DNA of 64,000 nt from Nitrospirota bacterium. GTDB taxonomy: Bacteria > Nitrospirota > UBA9217. A model generated the notes under the pieces. That model saw only the letters and a program-made list of their open reading frames with translations, ran no database searches and was not told where the DNA came from. The stretch lies in assembly GCA_963751455.1 (NCBI GenBank), contig CAVVUN010000012.1:192001-256000 (forward strand), given 5' to 3'. A program made the translations under genes and the position numbers. Position 1 is the first letter of the stretch. Every line of letters begins with the position of its first letter. Shown here piece by piece: positions 9,975-20,110 of the stretch.

Positions 9975-11096
9975 ATGCAGATGCTATTTTTAACATCGAT
10001 CGCCGTCATTCTTGCGCCTTTGATCGCATTTGCCGAAGGCGTAAATTTCACGACTGAGAGAGGCAGCGTCTACTCGGCGGGCGGGAGTGTTGCGATCGCG
10101 GAAAGCGCCCCCAATGATATTGTTGCGGCAGGAGGGAACGTCAGCATAAGCGGCGATGCTGGAAACGAAGTGCTTGCAGCGGGCGGATCGATTACGATGT
10201 CCGGAAAAACCGGAGGAGACGCGCGAATAGCCGGAGGAAGCGTCGTGTTGGCCGGCACAATCGAAGGCGAGGCTGTTATCGGTGCAGGAAAAATAAATCT
10301 GCTGCCCAAAGCCATAATTAGAAGCGTCCTTATCGCTGCGTCCGGAGACATCACGATCGATGGGACCATAGGCGGAGGCGCAAGAATCTTCGCGGGCACG
10401 GTCACAATCAACGGGACGATCAATAAGGACGTGGATATAAAAGCCGAACACCTCGTTATCGGAAAAACCGCAAAGCTTAACGGCAATCTTCGCTATGAAG
10501 GGCCACAGGAGGCAAGGATAGACCCGGGGGCAATGGTGAGGGGGGAAAAGATATTCAAGAAAACGGAATTCAAGCAGCCGCACGAAAAATTCATAAAATT
10601 TGCGGCGGCCTTATGGGTCTTAAAATTACTTGCGGTCATGACGGCGGCCATCGTCATCTTCCTTCTGCTGCCGGAAAAAACCACGGAAGTGACGGCCCTT
10701 GGTGTGAACCGGTTCGGTCACGAACTACTTGTCGGGTTCCTCGTGTTTGTCGCAATTCCCGCCTTGATACTGCTGCTGTTTATCACAATACTGGGTTCGT
10801 TCCTCGCACTGTTGACCGTCTTTTTTTACATTGCCTTTGTCCTGTTGTCCACCGTATTCGGGGCCCTCATTTTCACCCGTTTGATCAGCGGCAGGGTCTT
10901 TAAAAAAACAGCGCTTTCCTGGCCGATAATCCTGGCGGGCGTCATGCTCTACCAGGTCATCGGCCTGATACCCTTCCTCGGATGGCTTTTCAAATTTGCG
11001 TTTTTCCTGGCAGCACTGGGTTCCCTGTCACATCTCGTGTATTCCGCAAAAGATAACCGCTCTGCCCTGCCGCCAGGTGCACAAACTTCCTTCTAA
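9975..11096 (+). CDS. Polymer-forming cytoskeletal (bactofilin-like) repeat membrane protein
   Basis: Signal peptide, repeated AAGG.V.I.G..G beta-solenoid units, several C-terminal TM helices. Confidence 0.75.
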   Translation: MQMLFLTSIAVILAPLIAFAEGVNFTTERGSVYSAGGSVAIAESAPNDIVAAGGNVSISGDAGNEVLAAGGSITMSGKTGGDARIAGGSVVLAGTIEGEAVIGAGKINLLPKAIIRSVLIAASGDITIDGTIGGGARIFAGTVTINGTINKDVDIKAEHLVIGKTAKLNGNLRYEGPQEARIDPGAMVRGEKIFKKTEFKQPHEKFIKFAAALWVLKLLAVMTAAIVIFLLLPEKTTEVTALGVNRFGHELLVGFLVFVAIPALILLLFITILGSFLALLTVFFYIAFVLLSTVFGALIFTRLISGRVFKKTALSWPIILAGVMLYQVIGLIPFLGWLFKFAFFLAALGSLSHLVYSAKDNRSALPPGAQTSF

Positions 11097-11174
11097 TGGA
11101 CCTCTTCCCAGGGATTTAGACCAGCTTGATCCATAGACGAATTTCAATTTTCAGGTCTGACCCCGGAGGCCACC

Positions 11175-11297
11175 CATTCGATGAAGTTGAGGTGTGAACC
11201 GAAGCTTGGGATACAACCCCTGATTCCCATCTCCTGTTCCCTCAAGGAGGATGGATACCTGAATCGAAGCCGACTTTTGACTGAACGCCGGCTTTTT
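11175..11297 (+). pseudogene. Remnant of a zf-UBP gene 3' end plus terminator
   Basis: TTCGATGAAGTTGAGGTGTGAACCGA matches 4101-4126; terminator matches 4177-4207; follows the GGTCTGACCCC motif at 11154. Confidence 0.6.
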
Positions 11298-11356
11298 CCC
11301 TTCCTTGCTATTTTCTGCCGGAGACCCTATAATAATTGAAGCGCTTTCCCTCTGTC

Positions 11357-12520
11357 ATGAAAAAAAGCCCGCGCGACTTTCTTCAGAAAGCCTGGATGAC
11401 CCTGTCCGAGGCATCTTCATTCTTCCGGCGGAACAACGACCTGACCGCCTCCTCCTCGCTCGCTTTCTCGGCCACCCTTGCGCTCATCCCCGCCCTGTTC
11501 CTGCTTACGTTCCTGCTCGGCGCAATCGTCGGATCGTCCGCCCGGGCGCTCGCGCAAACGCGTGAGTTCATTACCCAGCTGATTCCCGCGTACAGCCAGG
11601 TGATCCTGAAAGAAGTGGACTTTATCGCCCGCCATAAGCGGGCCATCGGCATGCTGAACCTGTTCGTATTGTTCTGGAGCATTACTCCGCTGGTCGCCGA
11701 TATGCGGGTCTCCGTGGGCGCAATCTTCCGGAAAAGACCGACCAGGCCCTTTCTTCTTGAGAAGCTCTTCGACGCCGCCATCAGCATGGTCTTCCTGGTG
11801 GGGCTCGCTGCGGTTGCCGTCGCTGGCGTGGCGTTCACGATCATAAAACGGATCCAGCCGCTGCGGCAGATGCCCGGCAGCCTCAACGATGTTGCCTTCT
11901 TCGTAGTGGTCATTGGCGTTATCTGCGCCCTCTACTTCACCTTCTCGAAGCGCGCACGGTTCTTCCATCTGCTCGCGGGTGCTCTTGCTGCCTCCCTGCT
12001 GTGGTTTGCGCTCCGCCCGGCCTTTCACCTGTTTCTCACTTTTAACCCGGGTTATGGGTTCGCTTTTGGTTCGTTCAAATCGCTGTTCGTCATCTTCATC
12101 TGGATCTACATCTCGATGGCCCTGTTTCTGTTCGGCGCCGAGATCGCGGCAAGCCTCGGGAGGAACGAGTCGGCCAGCCTCAAGGGTCTTCCGGAAGACA
12201 GCACTGTTCCCCCCGGCGTTCTTTATCGCCGCATTGTCCGTTTCGAAAAAGGGAGCGTTGTTTTCAAGGAGGGGGATCCCGGAAGCGGGATGTTCTGTGT
12301 GCTCAAGGGGAGCGTATCAATCCGCAAAGGCGGGACGGAGATCGAGGTGGTTCCTCAAGGCAAGAGCTTTGGCAGCGTGTCATCCGTCCCGCCGTCTGTT
12401 CATCACGTGACCGCCCTGGCGCTCGAGGACCTGGAGCTGGAACATCTTCAGGGCCAAGTCTTTTTCGTTGCATCATCATCTGTGATGACACAGGAAGCAA
12501 TTTCAAGGAATAAGACTTGA
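11357..12520 (+). CDS. YihY/BrkB family membrane protein with a C-terminal cNMP-binding domain truncated by a mini-element
   Basis: ASSLAFS..LALIP, FGSFKSLFVIFIWIY..LFLFGAEIAA; VVFKEGDPGSGMFCVLKGSVSI; last codons derive from the element at 12450; TATAAT at 11328. Confidence 0.8.
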   Translation: MKKSPRDFLQKAWMTLSEASSFFRRNNDLTASSSLAFSATLALIPALFLLTFLLGAIVGSSARALAQTREFITQLIPAYSQVILKEVDFIARHKRAIGMLNLFVLFWSITPLVADMRVSVGAIFRKRPTRPFLLEKLFDAAISMVFLVGLAAVAVAGVAFTIIKRIQPLRQMPGSLNDVAFFVVVIGVICALYFTFSKRARFFHLLAGALAASLLWFALRPAFHLFLTFNPGYGFAFGSFKSLFVIFIWIYISMALFLFGAEIAASLGRNESASLKGLPEDSTVPPGVLYRRIVRFEKGSVVFKEGDPGSGMFCVLKGSVSIRKGGTEIEVVPQGKSFGSVSSVPPSVHHVTALALEDLELEHLQGQVFFVASSSVMTQEAISRNKT

Positions 12521-12526
12521 CACCCC
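12450..12526. mobile_element. ~75-bp TIR mini-element, copy 1
   Basis: AGGGCCAAGTCTT ... AAGACTTGACACCCC; internal sequence shared with 21392-21466 and 23164-23238. Confidence 0.8.
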
Positions 12527-12595
12527 ACGCTTCTTCGCTTTTCCCATTCTTATAGGGATCTTTATGAACTCAGAGAAACAAATGAGAACACGCTG

Positions 12596-12808
12596 ATGGA
12601 AGAATTCAAGCTCGAAAACAGCGAATTCATCCAACTGAACAACCTGCTCAAGGTCATCGGGTTGTGCGATTCCGGCGGGATGGCAAATGTTGCGATTGCA
12701 GAAGGCCAGGTCAGGGTCGACAGCAAAGTGGAGCTGCGTAAACGAGCCAAGATCCGCTCGGGGCAGATCGTGGAATTCGAGGGAAGGAAAATTATTGTTC
12801 GATCATAA
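12596..12808 (+). CDS. S4-domain RNA-binding protein (YaaA/YbcJ family)
   Basis: FIQLNNLLKVIGLCDSGGMA..I.EGQVRVD..ELRKRAKIRSG. Confidence 0.88.
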   Translation: MEEFKLENSEFIQLNNLLKVIGLCDSGGMANVAIAEGQVRVDSKVELRKRAKIRSGQIVEFEGRKIIVRS

Positions 12809-12975
12809 TACAGCATCTAACTTCAAAAAAGTCGCAAGCCCATTTCGGTCACAACGTCTCTCGAAAGTTTGCGCAAGAGTTTGTGAGTGCTGATGTCTAT
12901 TAACATGAGTCTGTTTCGGGACGGGTGGTTATTTTACCTTTTAAAAACTTATGACCTAGGGGCGATTGTGTAATG

Positions 12976-13767
12976 CTACCATCCTCCTGAGGCACCGCCT
13001 CCGCCTCCACCTCCGCCGCCTCCACCACCGAAACTGCCCCCGCCAAATCCTCCAAATCCACCGCCGCCAAATCCGCCGCTTCCGAAATCACCATTACCTC
13101 CACCGATCCATACTTCTCTTAATTTCTTTTTGTTTTTTTCGACAGGGCAACGAACAAAAATAAATATAAATGGTATTAATAGCAAAATCATGAACAAAGT
13201 ACCTATTATATTTATTTGCGATTCATCGCCCGGGTGATAACCTGTAATAGGAATAGCAATAGGTGTTTTTCCGCCCGGTTGGTTTAATATTGTCATGCTC
13301 AAAGCCTGTATCGCTTGAGATATTCCGATGCTATAGTCCCCCTTTTTAAAGTTAGGAACCAGGTACACTCTTCCGAACGTTCCTACAACACTGTCCGGCA
13401 ATACACTTTCAAGCCCGTACCCGACCTCGAATCGATATTTCCTGTCTTTTACAGAAACAACGATAAGGACTCCGTTGTCCTTGCCCTTTTGTCCCAGTTT
13501 CCATTTTTCTTTTGTATTGAATGCGAACTCCTCAATGCTCTGACCATCCAGGCTCCGGACTGTAAGAACGAGCACTTGTGCAGTGGTGCTGCGTTCAAGA
13601 TCCTGGAGCGATGTATTAAGTTGATGACGAGCATCGTTTGTAAAGATTCCGGCAAGGTCTACTATGTAATCACGTGGCACTTGGGGAGGTTGCGGAGTCG
13701 AGGCACTGGCGTGAAAAACAATGACAGTTGCGAGGATAAGCGCAGATAGGGCTAGTCTTTTAAACAT
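12976..13767 (-). CDS. TPM-domain protein with Gly-rich C-terminus
   Basis: IVDLAGIF, WKLGQKGKDNGVLIVVS, RFEVGYGLE, GGGSFGGGG..GGASGGW tail; likely start MFKRL overlapping the upstream stop. Confidence 0.88.
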   Translation of the reverse strand: MFKRLALSALILATVIVFHASASTPQPPQVPRDYIVDLAGIFTNDARHQLNTSLQDLERSTTAQVLVLTVRSLDGQSIEEFAFNTKEKWKLGQKGKDNGVLIVVSVKDRKYRFEVGYGLESVLPDSVVGTFGRVYLVPNFKKGDYSIGISQAIQALSMTILNQPGGKTPIAIPITGYHPGDESQINIIGTLFMILLLIPFIFIFVRCPVEKNKKKLREVWIGGGNGDFGSGGFGGGGFGGFGGGSFGGGGGGGGGGGGASGGW

Positions 13768-14506
13768 GGAGATCGTCAATGATTTTTTCAACGGATTCCA
13801 GCACGCTATAATATTCTTCAAATAAGGAAAGCAGCTCTTGTTCGGTGGGCTTAATAGTTCCGGCCTTGAGCATAAGAAGTTTTTTGAAGATGTCGGTTTC
13901 TATTCCAGTCGCAACTCCGAGCGCGTTTATCACATCGTTTCTCGGTATGGACGGTTCCTTGCCGAGTAGAAAGACGATCGCCCTGAAAAGGGCCATAGTA
14001 CCCGTGATGGACCTGACAAGACCTCCGGCCAGATGTTCCTTCTGACCGAATGAGGAAAGGTATCCTTGCCGTAATCCGAAAAGCTTTGTCTTAATATCTC
14101 GCTCGCATTGCAGACGGAGAGATTGCTTCTCAATCTTTATATTGCTGAAAACATCTTCGCCATAGATTGTTTTGTGCATCAGTTTGAAGTCGAGAAATTC
14201 AACAGGGAATGCGTCAATGGATTTTTGGATGTACTCCGTGGTCATCAGAAGTGGTGCAGCGATCCGCTTCTTTGCGTATTTTTTTCCGAGCGGCGCAAGA
14301 AACGCAATAAACTTCAGGTCCATATTTTGAAGGATAACTACTGAATTGATGTCCGACAGTTTTTCATCGTAGTCGGGCATCACAGCGCTGCCGACAATAT
14401 GCATGGAATGAACGTTCTGCGGATACTCTTGGGTGATCTCTTCCACCATCGACGCTATTTTGTCAGCAATGGATGGAACTAGCCCGGAAAAGATTGGTTT
14501 TGCCAT
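13760..14506 (-). CDS. Nucleotidyltransferase-fold hypothetical usually found with TPM/LemA genes
   Basis: VGSAV..DY..SDINSVVI (GS-x-D motif), DAFPVEFLD, LRLQCERDIK; overlaps the TPM gene start. Confidence 0.7.
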   Translation of the reverse strand: MAKPIFSGLVPSIADKIASMVEEITQEYPQNVHSMHIVGSAVMPDYDEKLSDINSVVILQNMDLKFIAFLAPLGKKYAKKRIAAPLLMTTEYIQKSIDAFPVEFLDFKLMHKTIYGEDVFSNIKIEKQSLRLQCERDIKTKLFGLRQGYLSSFGQKEHLAGGLVRSITGTMALFRAIVFLLGKEPSIPRNDVINALGVATGIETDIFKKLLMLKAGTIKPTEQELLSLFEEYYSVLESVEKIIDDLHV

Positions 14507-14753
14507 AGTGTGTCCTATTATATTCACAGGAAGATTTCACTATCAGAAAGCGATACGCAACGGGTGCAACAACGTCCCCTTCGGGGTTCTTGACGGTTCC
14601 GGCTGAAATCTTAGTGGACGAAGACGGTTGAGCTATCTCCGGTTGCTGTTGCTCCCGTCAGCGGATGAAGGGACTAAACTGTTACCTTTCCGCACGTTCA
14701 AGCAAAGGCAAGTACACTTCGGACGGAATGTCCCCACGATGCTGAGGTAATAA

Positions 14754-17700
14754 TTAGTGTTCCAAAACAATTCGAATAGTTCTTAGTAGCTCTTCCATTT
14801 TAAATGGTTTCTGTAAAAAGTGAGAACAGTACTGCTTCCAAAGGATTTTGTCATGTTCAACATCATATGCACTCATTAGAATGATCTTTGCATTCTTGTT
14901 AACTTTCGAAATTCTCTGTGCTGTTTCAGGTCCACTAAGTTTCGGCATTAACATGTCCATAATGACAATATCTATATCCGTTGCTCGACTGTATTTTTCA
15001 AGTGCCTCTACGCCATCATACGCGGATACTATTTTATAGCCTAAATTAGACAAAGTAGCTACTATCATCTCATGCAATACGGCTTCATCTTCAACGACAA
15101 GAATTTTCTCTGATCCTGAAAGAGGTTGATTTATATCGACTTCAAGACTCTCTTTTGAAGACAATACTTGAGCTTTGGGAAAGTAAATCTGAAATGTAGT
15201 ACCCTTACTAAGTTCACTAATGACGTTGACGAAGCCGCCCAAACTTTTCATTATCCCATAGACTATAGATAAGCCCAATCCTGTGCCTTTACCGACATCC
15301 TTCGTTGTAAAAAAAGGTTCGAATATCTTTGATGAAACTGACCGATTCATTCCGATGCCTGTATCCGTTACGGATACCATTACGAAATCACCAGGCGGGA
15401 GGGTCGCTCCTTCGACAAGTGCGCTATTGAGCGATTTTAAATTATCCACCGCAATTTCAAACATGCCACCGTTCGGCATAGCATCACGAGCATTCACTGC
15501 CAGATTTAATAGCACTTGTTCAATTTGGGCAATGTCGCCATTTATTGGCCATATATCATCACCCAAATCAGTCTTGATTTTAATAGTTTCAGGGAACACA
15601 CGCGTCAAAAGCTCCATTAACGAGTCGATTATATCTGGAAGATTGACGGTAGTCTGCTCAATACCTCCCCGGTCGAGAGCGCCTTTCCTTGCAAACGCAA
15701 GGAGACTACGTACTAAATTACTTGCACGATCTGTTGTTTCGCTCACCCGCTCAAATATTTGTTTTAAATCTCCTATCTGATCACCAGCGACTTTACTTAA
15801 CGCTAGTGACGTATAACCTGAGATTGTCACAATCAAATTTGAGAAGTCATGTGCAATCCCCCCTGCAAGTTGCCCAACCGCTTCCATCTTTTGAGCTTGA
15901 AGTAGTTGACGTTCCAAATTACGAACTTGATTTTCCTTCTCTTCTCCATACATAATGCTTTTCTCGATTAACTCTTCGTCTGCTCGGCTAAACTTAACTT
16001 GTTGAGCATAATGTAATTTTAGGAAACGAGCTCTTTCGAGTGGAATTAATGTTCTGAGATTATTGCAAATACTTCGTTCATGCTCCATAACTTCAAGGAT
16101 TCGTCTAATCTCTCGCTCTTCATCAGAAATCCAATGATCTATTTGAGGAATCAAATAGTCATGAGTCAATTCGTAAGACGAACCCAGTTGGCCTTGCACA
16201 ACTCTAACGAGACGTTGATATACTAATATGTCGAGAACTGCTTTTATTTGCTCGACCGTAGACATTGGTTCAAGTTGAATTAATAGAGAATCCAAATTGA
16301 GATGTTTTCTTAAACTATCAGGGCTGACGAAACATTTGAGGATTTCACGGGCTACGTCTCTATCAGTATGTCTGAAACTGCTGAGAACATATCCAATGTA
16401 ACTGGATAACAATTTCTCTGCACCACCAAGATCCTTATAAACACCTATGTCGATCTTTTTACACTCGACTGGTAGGGCCTTGAATACAGCAGTGCAGACT
16501 ATCTGAAGCTGAGTCGGCTCGACTCCTTCACGGTCGAGATCAGTTATTACTCCATGAACAAATGAGTCATCACATTGAAGCCCCACAGATTGAGCGGGGC
16601 GTCGGATTGCTACCTCCGCGGAGGATGATTTCAGCGAAGTCAAATGATAGCGATTGTTGAAAACATCAGGGATTATATGAGTTAAGTCGTTTAGACGAAC
16701 GAAATAATCTTCACGAACGGAAAGAAGAACGTGACATTGCACCATTTCATGGTTAATGATTGTTTTTAAAAATTCGCAGATTGGATCAAATGAAGATTGT
16801 TCAAAATCTTTGAACATTTGTTCGACTTGATCAAGCAATAGTACAAATGATTTGCGAGAAAGACGAACTTTATCCAATAAAATATTTGCTGCTTCTTTTG
16901 GCACCGCTACCAACCTATCCAGTGACGTGCTTAGTAATTTGTCACATTCTACAAGAATAGATTCCAATTTTGGATCAGTAAGGCGGCAATAAATAACAGT
17001 ATAGTCGCGGTCAAGGAGTTGGGGAAATACACCTGCTTTAAGTAAAGACGTTTTTCCTACTCCTGACTGCCCAAACAATATTAATAGTTTATGTGCAAGA
17101 AGAGATTGAAGGATAGAAACTGTTTCCTCTTCGCGACCGAAAAAAAGATCCTTATCTTGTACATCGTAATAGTCCAAGAATTTGTAAGGGCATGGATGAA
17201 TAACCGGGGTTTCTGAAGTAGTTGATGTATGTCTTCTCCCTTTTAGGGTATTAACCTCTTTAATCAGCTTTAGTAAAAGTGCCTGTAACTCAGCATAATG
17301 ATTTTTAGATTCGTAAGGAAGTATGGTTATATTATATTTATCTTTGAATAATTTAGGGAGAATTTTCCCGGCGTTTGGAACGAGAGCAAAATGTCTTCTT
17401 CCGAAACCTTTAAAAACTGATACCTGCTCATTTAATATTAAATTCAAATCGGGATCACGAAGCCCATATCCAATAAAAACAAGGGTCTTCATAGTAAAGT
17501 AAGCTGAAAGAGCAGTGCGATATGCAGGATGATGAATAATATCTTGATAGTCGCGATGTGTGAGGATGATTGTATCCACATCATCAACATGACCATGCAT
17601 TTTTAAAATGAAAAATTTCTTGTCGCTTGTCAGTCGTGCAAGTTGTGCAATATTTTTTTGAGTGTAAACTGGGGGAATACCGTTATCCCTGTTTTTCACA

Positions 17701-18077
17701 AAAACCTGCTCCAACAATGTATCATAGTTTGTAGTTAAAATTGCGCTAAAAGGCAGCTGATAAAGCAATTGATGTGTCGCATTTGGTTTTAAAGTTACCG
17801 ATTGAAAGATTCTTTGAATAAAATCTCTGTAGAGAGATTTACCAAGACGTGAACTGCATTCATCCGCCACTTCTGAGAATAAACCATCTTTTAATAGTTC
17901 TCGGAGTTCATCTCCTTCCTGAAATTGAAAAATGTTTTGCTCGCATTCTTTTATTAGTAGCTCAAGAAGTTCCTTCCAAGTGGGTAGGCCCGACGCAACA
18001 GACAGCCCCGAGCCGACCACTGCTACAGCCTCGCCTGAAAACAGAGCATCTAATAAATCTTTAGGAAAGCTTTGCAC
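14754..18077 (-). CDS. SIR2-like domain + nSTAND1-type NTPase + hybrid histidine kinase-receiver fusion
   Basis: VVGSGLS..LPTW, TTNYD, KMHG, FIGYGLRD (SIR2_2); CPYKFL..FFGRE, GQSGVGKTS, LDQVE, SVREDY, YELTHDYL (nSTAND1); AGGIAHDFSN, NLAVNARDAM, DTGIGM, FFTTK, GTGLGL (kinase); VVEDE, MDMLMP, QKPF (receiver). Confidence 0.9.
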   Translation of the reverse strand: MQSFPKDLLDALFSGEAVAVVGSGLSVASGLPTWKELLELLIKECEQNIFQFQEGDELRELLKDGLFSEVADECSSRLGKSLYRDFIQRIFQSVTLKPNATHQLLYQLPFSAILTTNYDTLLEQVFVKNRDNGIPPVYTQKNIAQLARLTSDKKFFILKMHGHVDDVDTIILTHRDYQDIIHHPAYRTALSAYFTMKTLVFIGYGLRDPDLNLILNEQVSVFKGFGRRHFALVPNAGKILPKLFKDKYNITILPYESKNHYAELQALLLKLIKEVNTLKGRRHTSTTSETPVIHPCPYKFLDYYDVQDKDLFFGREEETVSILQSLLAHKLLILFGQSGVGKTSLLKAGVFPQLLDRDYTVIYCRLTDPKLESILVECDKLLSTSLDRLVAVPKEAANILLDKVRLSRKSFVLLLDQVEQMFKDFEQSSFDPICEFLKTIINHEMVQCHVLLSVREDYFVRLNDLTHIIPDVFNNRYHLTSLKSSSAEVAIRRPAQSVGLQCDDSFVHGVITDLDREGVEPTQLQIVCTAVFKALPVECKKIDIGVYKDLGGAEKLLSSYIGYVLSSFRHTDRDVAREILKCFVSPDSLRKHLNLDSLLIQLEPMSTVEQIKAVLDILVYQRLVRVVQGQLGSSYELTHDYLIPQIDHWISDEEREIRRILEVMEHERSICNNLRTLIPLERARFLKLHYAQQVKFSRADEELIEKSIMYGEEKENQVRNLERQLLQAQKMEAVGQLAGGIAHDFSNLIVTISGYTSLALSKVAGDQIGDLKQIFERVSETTDRASNLVRSLLAFARKGALDRGGIEQTTVNLPDIIDSLMELLTRVFPETIKIKTDLGDDIWPINGDIAQIEQVLLNLAVNARDAMPNGGMFEIAVDNLKSLNSALVEGATLPPGDFVMVSVTDTGIGMNRSVSSKIFEPFFTTKDVGKGTGLGLSIVYGIMKSLGGFVNVISELSKGTTFQIYFPKAQVLSSKESLEVDINQPLSGSEKILVVEDEAVLHEMIVATLSNLGYKIVSAYDGVEALEKYSRATDIDIVIMDMLMPKLSGPETAQRISKVNKNAKIILMSAYDVEHDKILWKQYCSHFLQKPFKMEELLRTIRIVLEH

Positions 18078-18234
18078 TTTTTGGCCTCAAATTAAAAGGT
18101 AATTCACTTTGTCATGTGGGGTCAAATCATATGACAAGTATTATTGTATGGGAGGTTTTGGCGGATGGGATAACTTCTCAATGTTGTTCTCCCGAGACTT
18201 TGCGCAGGCTAAAGGCGGTTCTCCTGATGAGGCG

Positions 18235-18263
18235 AGAATAACGTATTTTAAAGTAAGGGGCAA
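18235..18263 (-). promoter_or_regulatory. sigma70-like promoter TTGCCC-17-TATTCT facing the SIR2-STAND-kinase gene
   Basis: Hexamers and 17-bp spacing are identical in a homologous block at 56568-56596. Confidence 0.55.
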
Positions 18264-18458
18264 GGGAAAATATAAGGGGGCTTGCACAGTTATTAAAGGA
18301 TTCTGGGTGTTGCGAATATTTGAGCTCACCCATATTCTTCTGACCCTACATTCAAGGCGAAGATCGGGCCGAGATGCCGCCAGGAGACAGTAGAGTACGA
18401 GGACTCTTGAGAGTCAGTCAAGTCTTTCTCCGTGCATTTGCATATCGGCCATTTCAGA

Positions 18459-19178
18459 TCAAATGTTCGCTTGTAAGGTAATGAAATCTTCATCCAAATT
18501 TAATTTGTTCCTAAATTGCTTAACTCGGTTGGGCATGCCCGACAAATCTGAAAAAGTATCGATAAACTGGATTGCTGTCTCAACACCCCACTTGGCACAA
18601 GAATAACTCATGCATTTCATAGAAATTAAGTGTGCACCTTCATCGGCAAAAGGGCTACACTTAAATCTTGAAAGTATATCCTTTAATTCAATTCGTTTAT
18701 CTTCAGGCTCAAAATCCCAGTTTGGCTTAAAATGAGTTAATTCGTTTCTTATTATTATCAGACAATTGGCATCCTTATAAACCTGCTCCTTCTCAAAATC
18801 GTTATTAATATTCATAATGTTCAACGCCTTAAGATATTTTTTTAGAAGTGGCATAGCTTCTATTCCATTCCGGCCCCAGAATTTTTTATCGTAATTCTCA
18901 GTCTTTCCTCTTAACAGGCCGCCATGGTCAATGAATAATTCATTTATGTTAGCTTCGAGTGCAGCGGTAGATGCCATTATGGAAGCGCTTGCGTATGATC
19001 TAATCTCAGTAAAAAACTCACCGAATGGCTGTCCCAAGTTCTCGTGCTCAATTACTCCCACTCTGCGAGCAAAGAGCACTGCCGATATTAAGTGTTGTAA
19101 GATGAAGCTGCTGATAGAACGGCCATGAGCTTCTACTTTGAGCATCGGACGCACTGAATTAATATTCATTTTTTCCAT
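18459..19178 (-). CDS. Hypothetical protein with a HEPN-like R-x4-H motif
   Basis: All-helical-looking 239 aa; AALEANINE early Glu and IRNELTH motif; AT-rich. Confidence 0.55.
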   Translation of the reverse strand: MEKMNINSVRPMLKVEAHGRSISSFILQHLISAVLFARRVGVIEHENLGQPFGEFFTEIRSYASASIMASTAALEANINELFIDHGGLLRGKTENYDKKFWGRNGIEAMPLLKKYLKALNIMNINNDFEKEQVYKDANCLIIIRNELTHFKPNWDFEPEDKRIELKDILSRFKCSPFADEGAHLISMKCMSYSCAKWGVETAIQFIDTFSDLSGMPNRVKQFRNKLNLDEDFITLQANI

Positions 19179-19247
19179 TTGATCCTTGCGTTGTAACGAA
19201 GGGCGACAACTTTCGTTGATACGCGAAATGCTTTCCCCTTTTTCGCT

Positions 19248-19988
19248 TTACTGCACCTGCGGCGAAGCAGGCTGGATAACTTCATCTTTCGGTTTTGGCT
19301 TTGCTTTTCTTTTTCTCGTGATCTTTACATCACCGATATCTTCCCAGGTTTCCTTAGAGATCATCTTCCTGATGTTATCCACCAATTCCTGCTCATCCAC
19401 TCTGATGCCGTGACTATTTTTTAAGCACGCCCGAATTACTTTTAACGTACTTTCATGAAATACGGCACGGACGATACTCCTTGGCGAAAGAGTTTTTACT
19501 TTTTCATAAAATTGTTCTATCTCTCCCTTCAGAACGCTTTTCCTATGCAGGATTCCCAGTACCTGTGCAGCCTCTTTAATATCGCACTCTTTAAGATCGA
19601 CTGACAGAACGAGATCACTCTGTATCCCTTCATCAAAACTTAAATGGTAAAGCTGCCAATAAATACCGTTCGTTAATAAGACCCATGGAACTCCTGAATT
19701 GGCTGCATAGTTTTCTGCTTGTTCTATATGTTTTTCTTTCAAAGCTATTCCGGCTTGCTTAATTTCAATGAAAAATTTCACTTTCCCGTTAAGCTTGATC
19801 GCATAGTCTACATTTCTTTCCTTAACGACATGCTCTCTCGATATTTCAGTAAACACATCGTAACCCAAAACATCTTCGAAAAATTTATTAATACGTGTTG
19901 AGGTCTCCGCTTCATTAATGCCTTGATCGTGCGCTTGTTGAAAGATCGGCAGAAATTTTTTCAAGTCCTTCAAAATATCGATAGGCAT
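19248..19988 (-). CDS. Type I restriction HsdR N-terminal-like (PD-(D/E)xK) endonuclease
   Basis: INEAET, VLGYD, VDYAI..FIEIK, QAENYA, LLTNGIYW. Confidence 0.8.
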   Translation of the reverse strand: MPIDILKDLKKFLPIFQQAHDQGINEAETSTRINKFFEDVLGYDVFTEISREHVVKERNVDYAIKLNGKVKFFIEIKQAGIALKEKHIEQAENYAANSGVPWVLLTNGIYWQLYHLSFDEGIQSDLVLSVDLKECDIKEAAQVLGILHRKSVLKGEIEQFYEKVKTLSPRSIVRAVFHESTLKVIRACLKNSHGIRVDEQELVDNIRKMISKETWEDIGDVKITRKRKAKPKPKDEVIQPASPQVQ

Positions 19989-20110
19989 TAGAATACCCCC
20001 TGGTAAAGAAAATTTATTTCTTGTAATCGCAGCAAGTTTGGTAAATTGGTCCTACTCCTACGCGCAATGATCACGCGGGCCTCGCATATTACCTGTACCG
20101 CCAGCCCAAG

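Noticed and set aside
19190-19247. Possible integron attC between the HEPN-like and HsdR_N genes
   Set aside because: Short hairpin only; no proper RYYYAAC/GTTRRRY pair and no integrase in the window.
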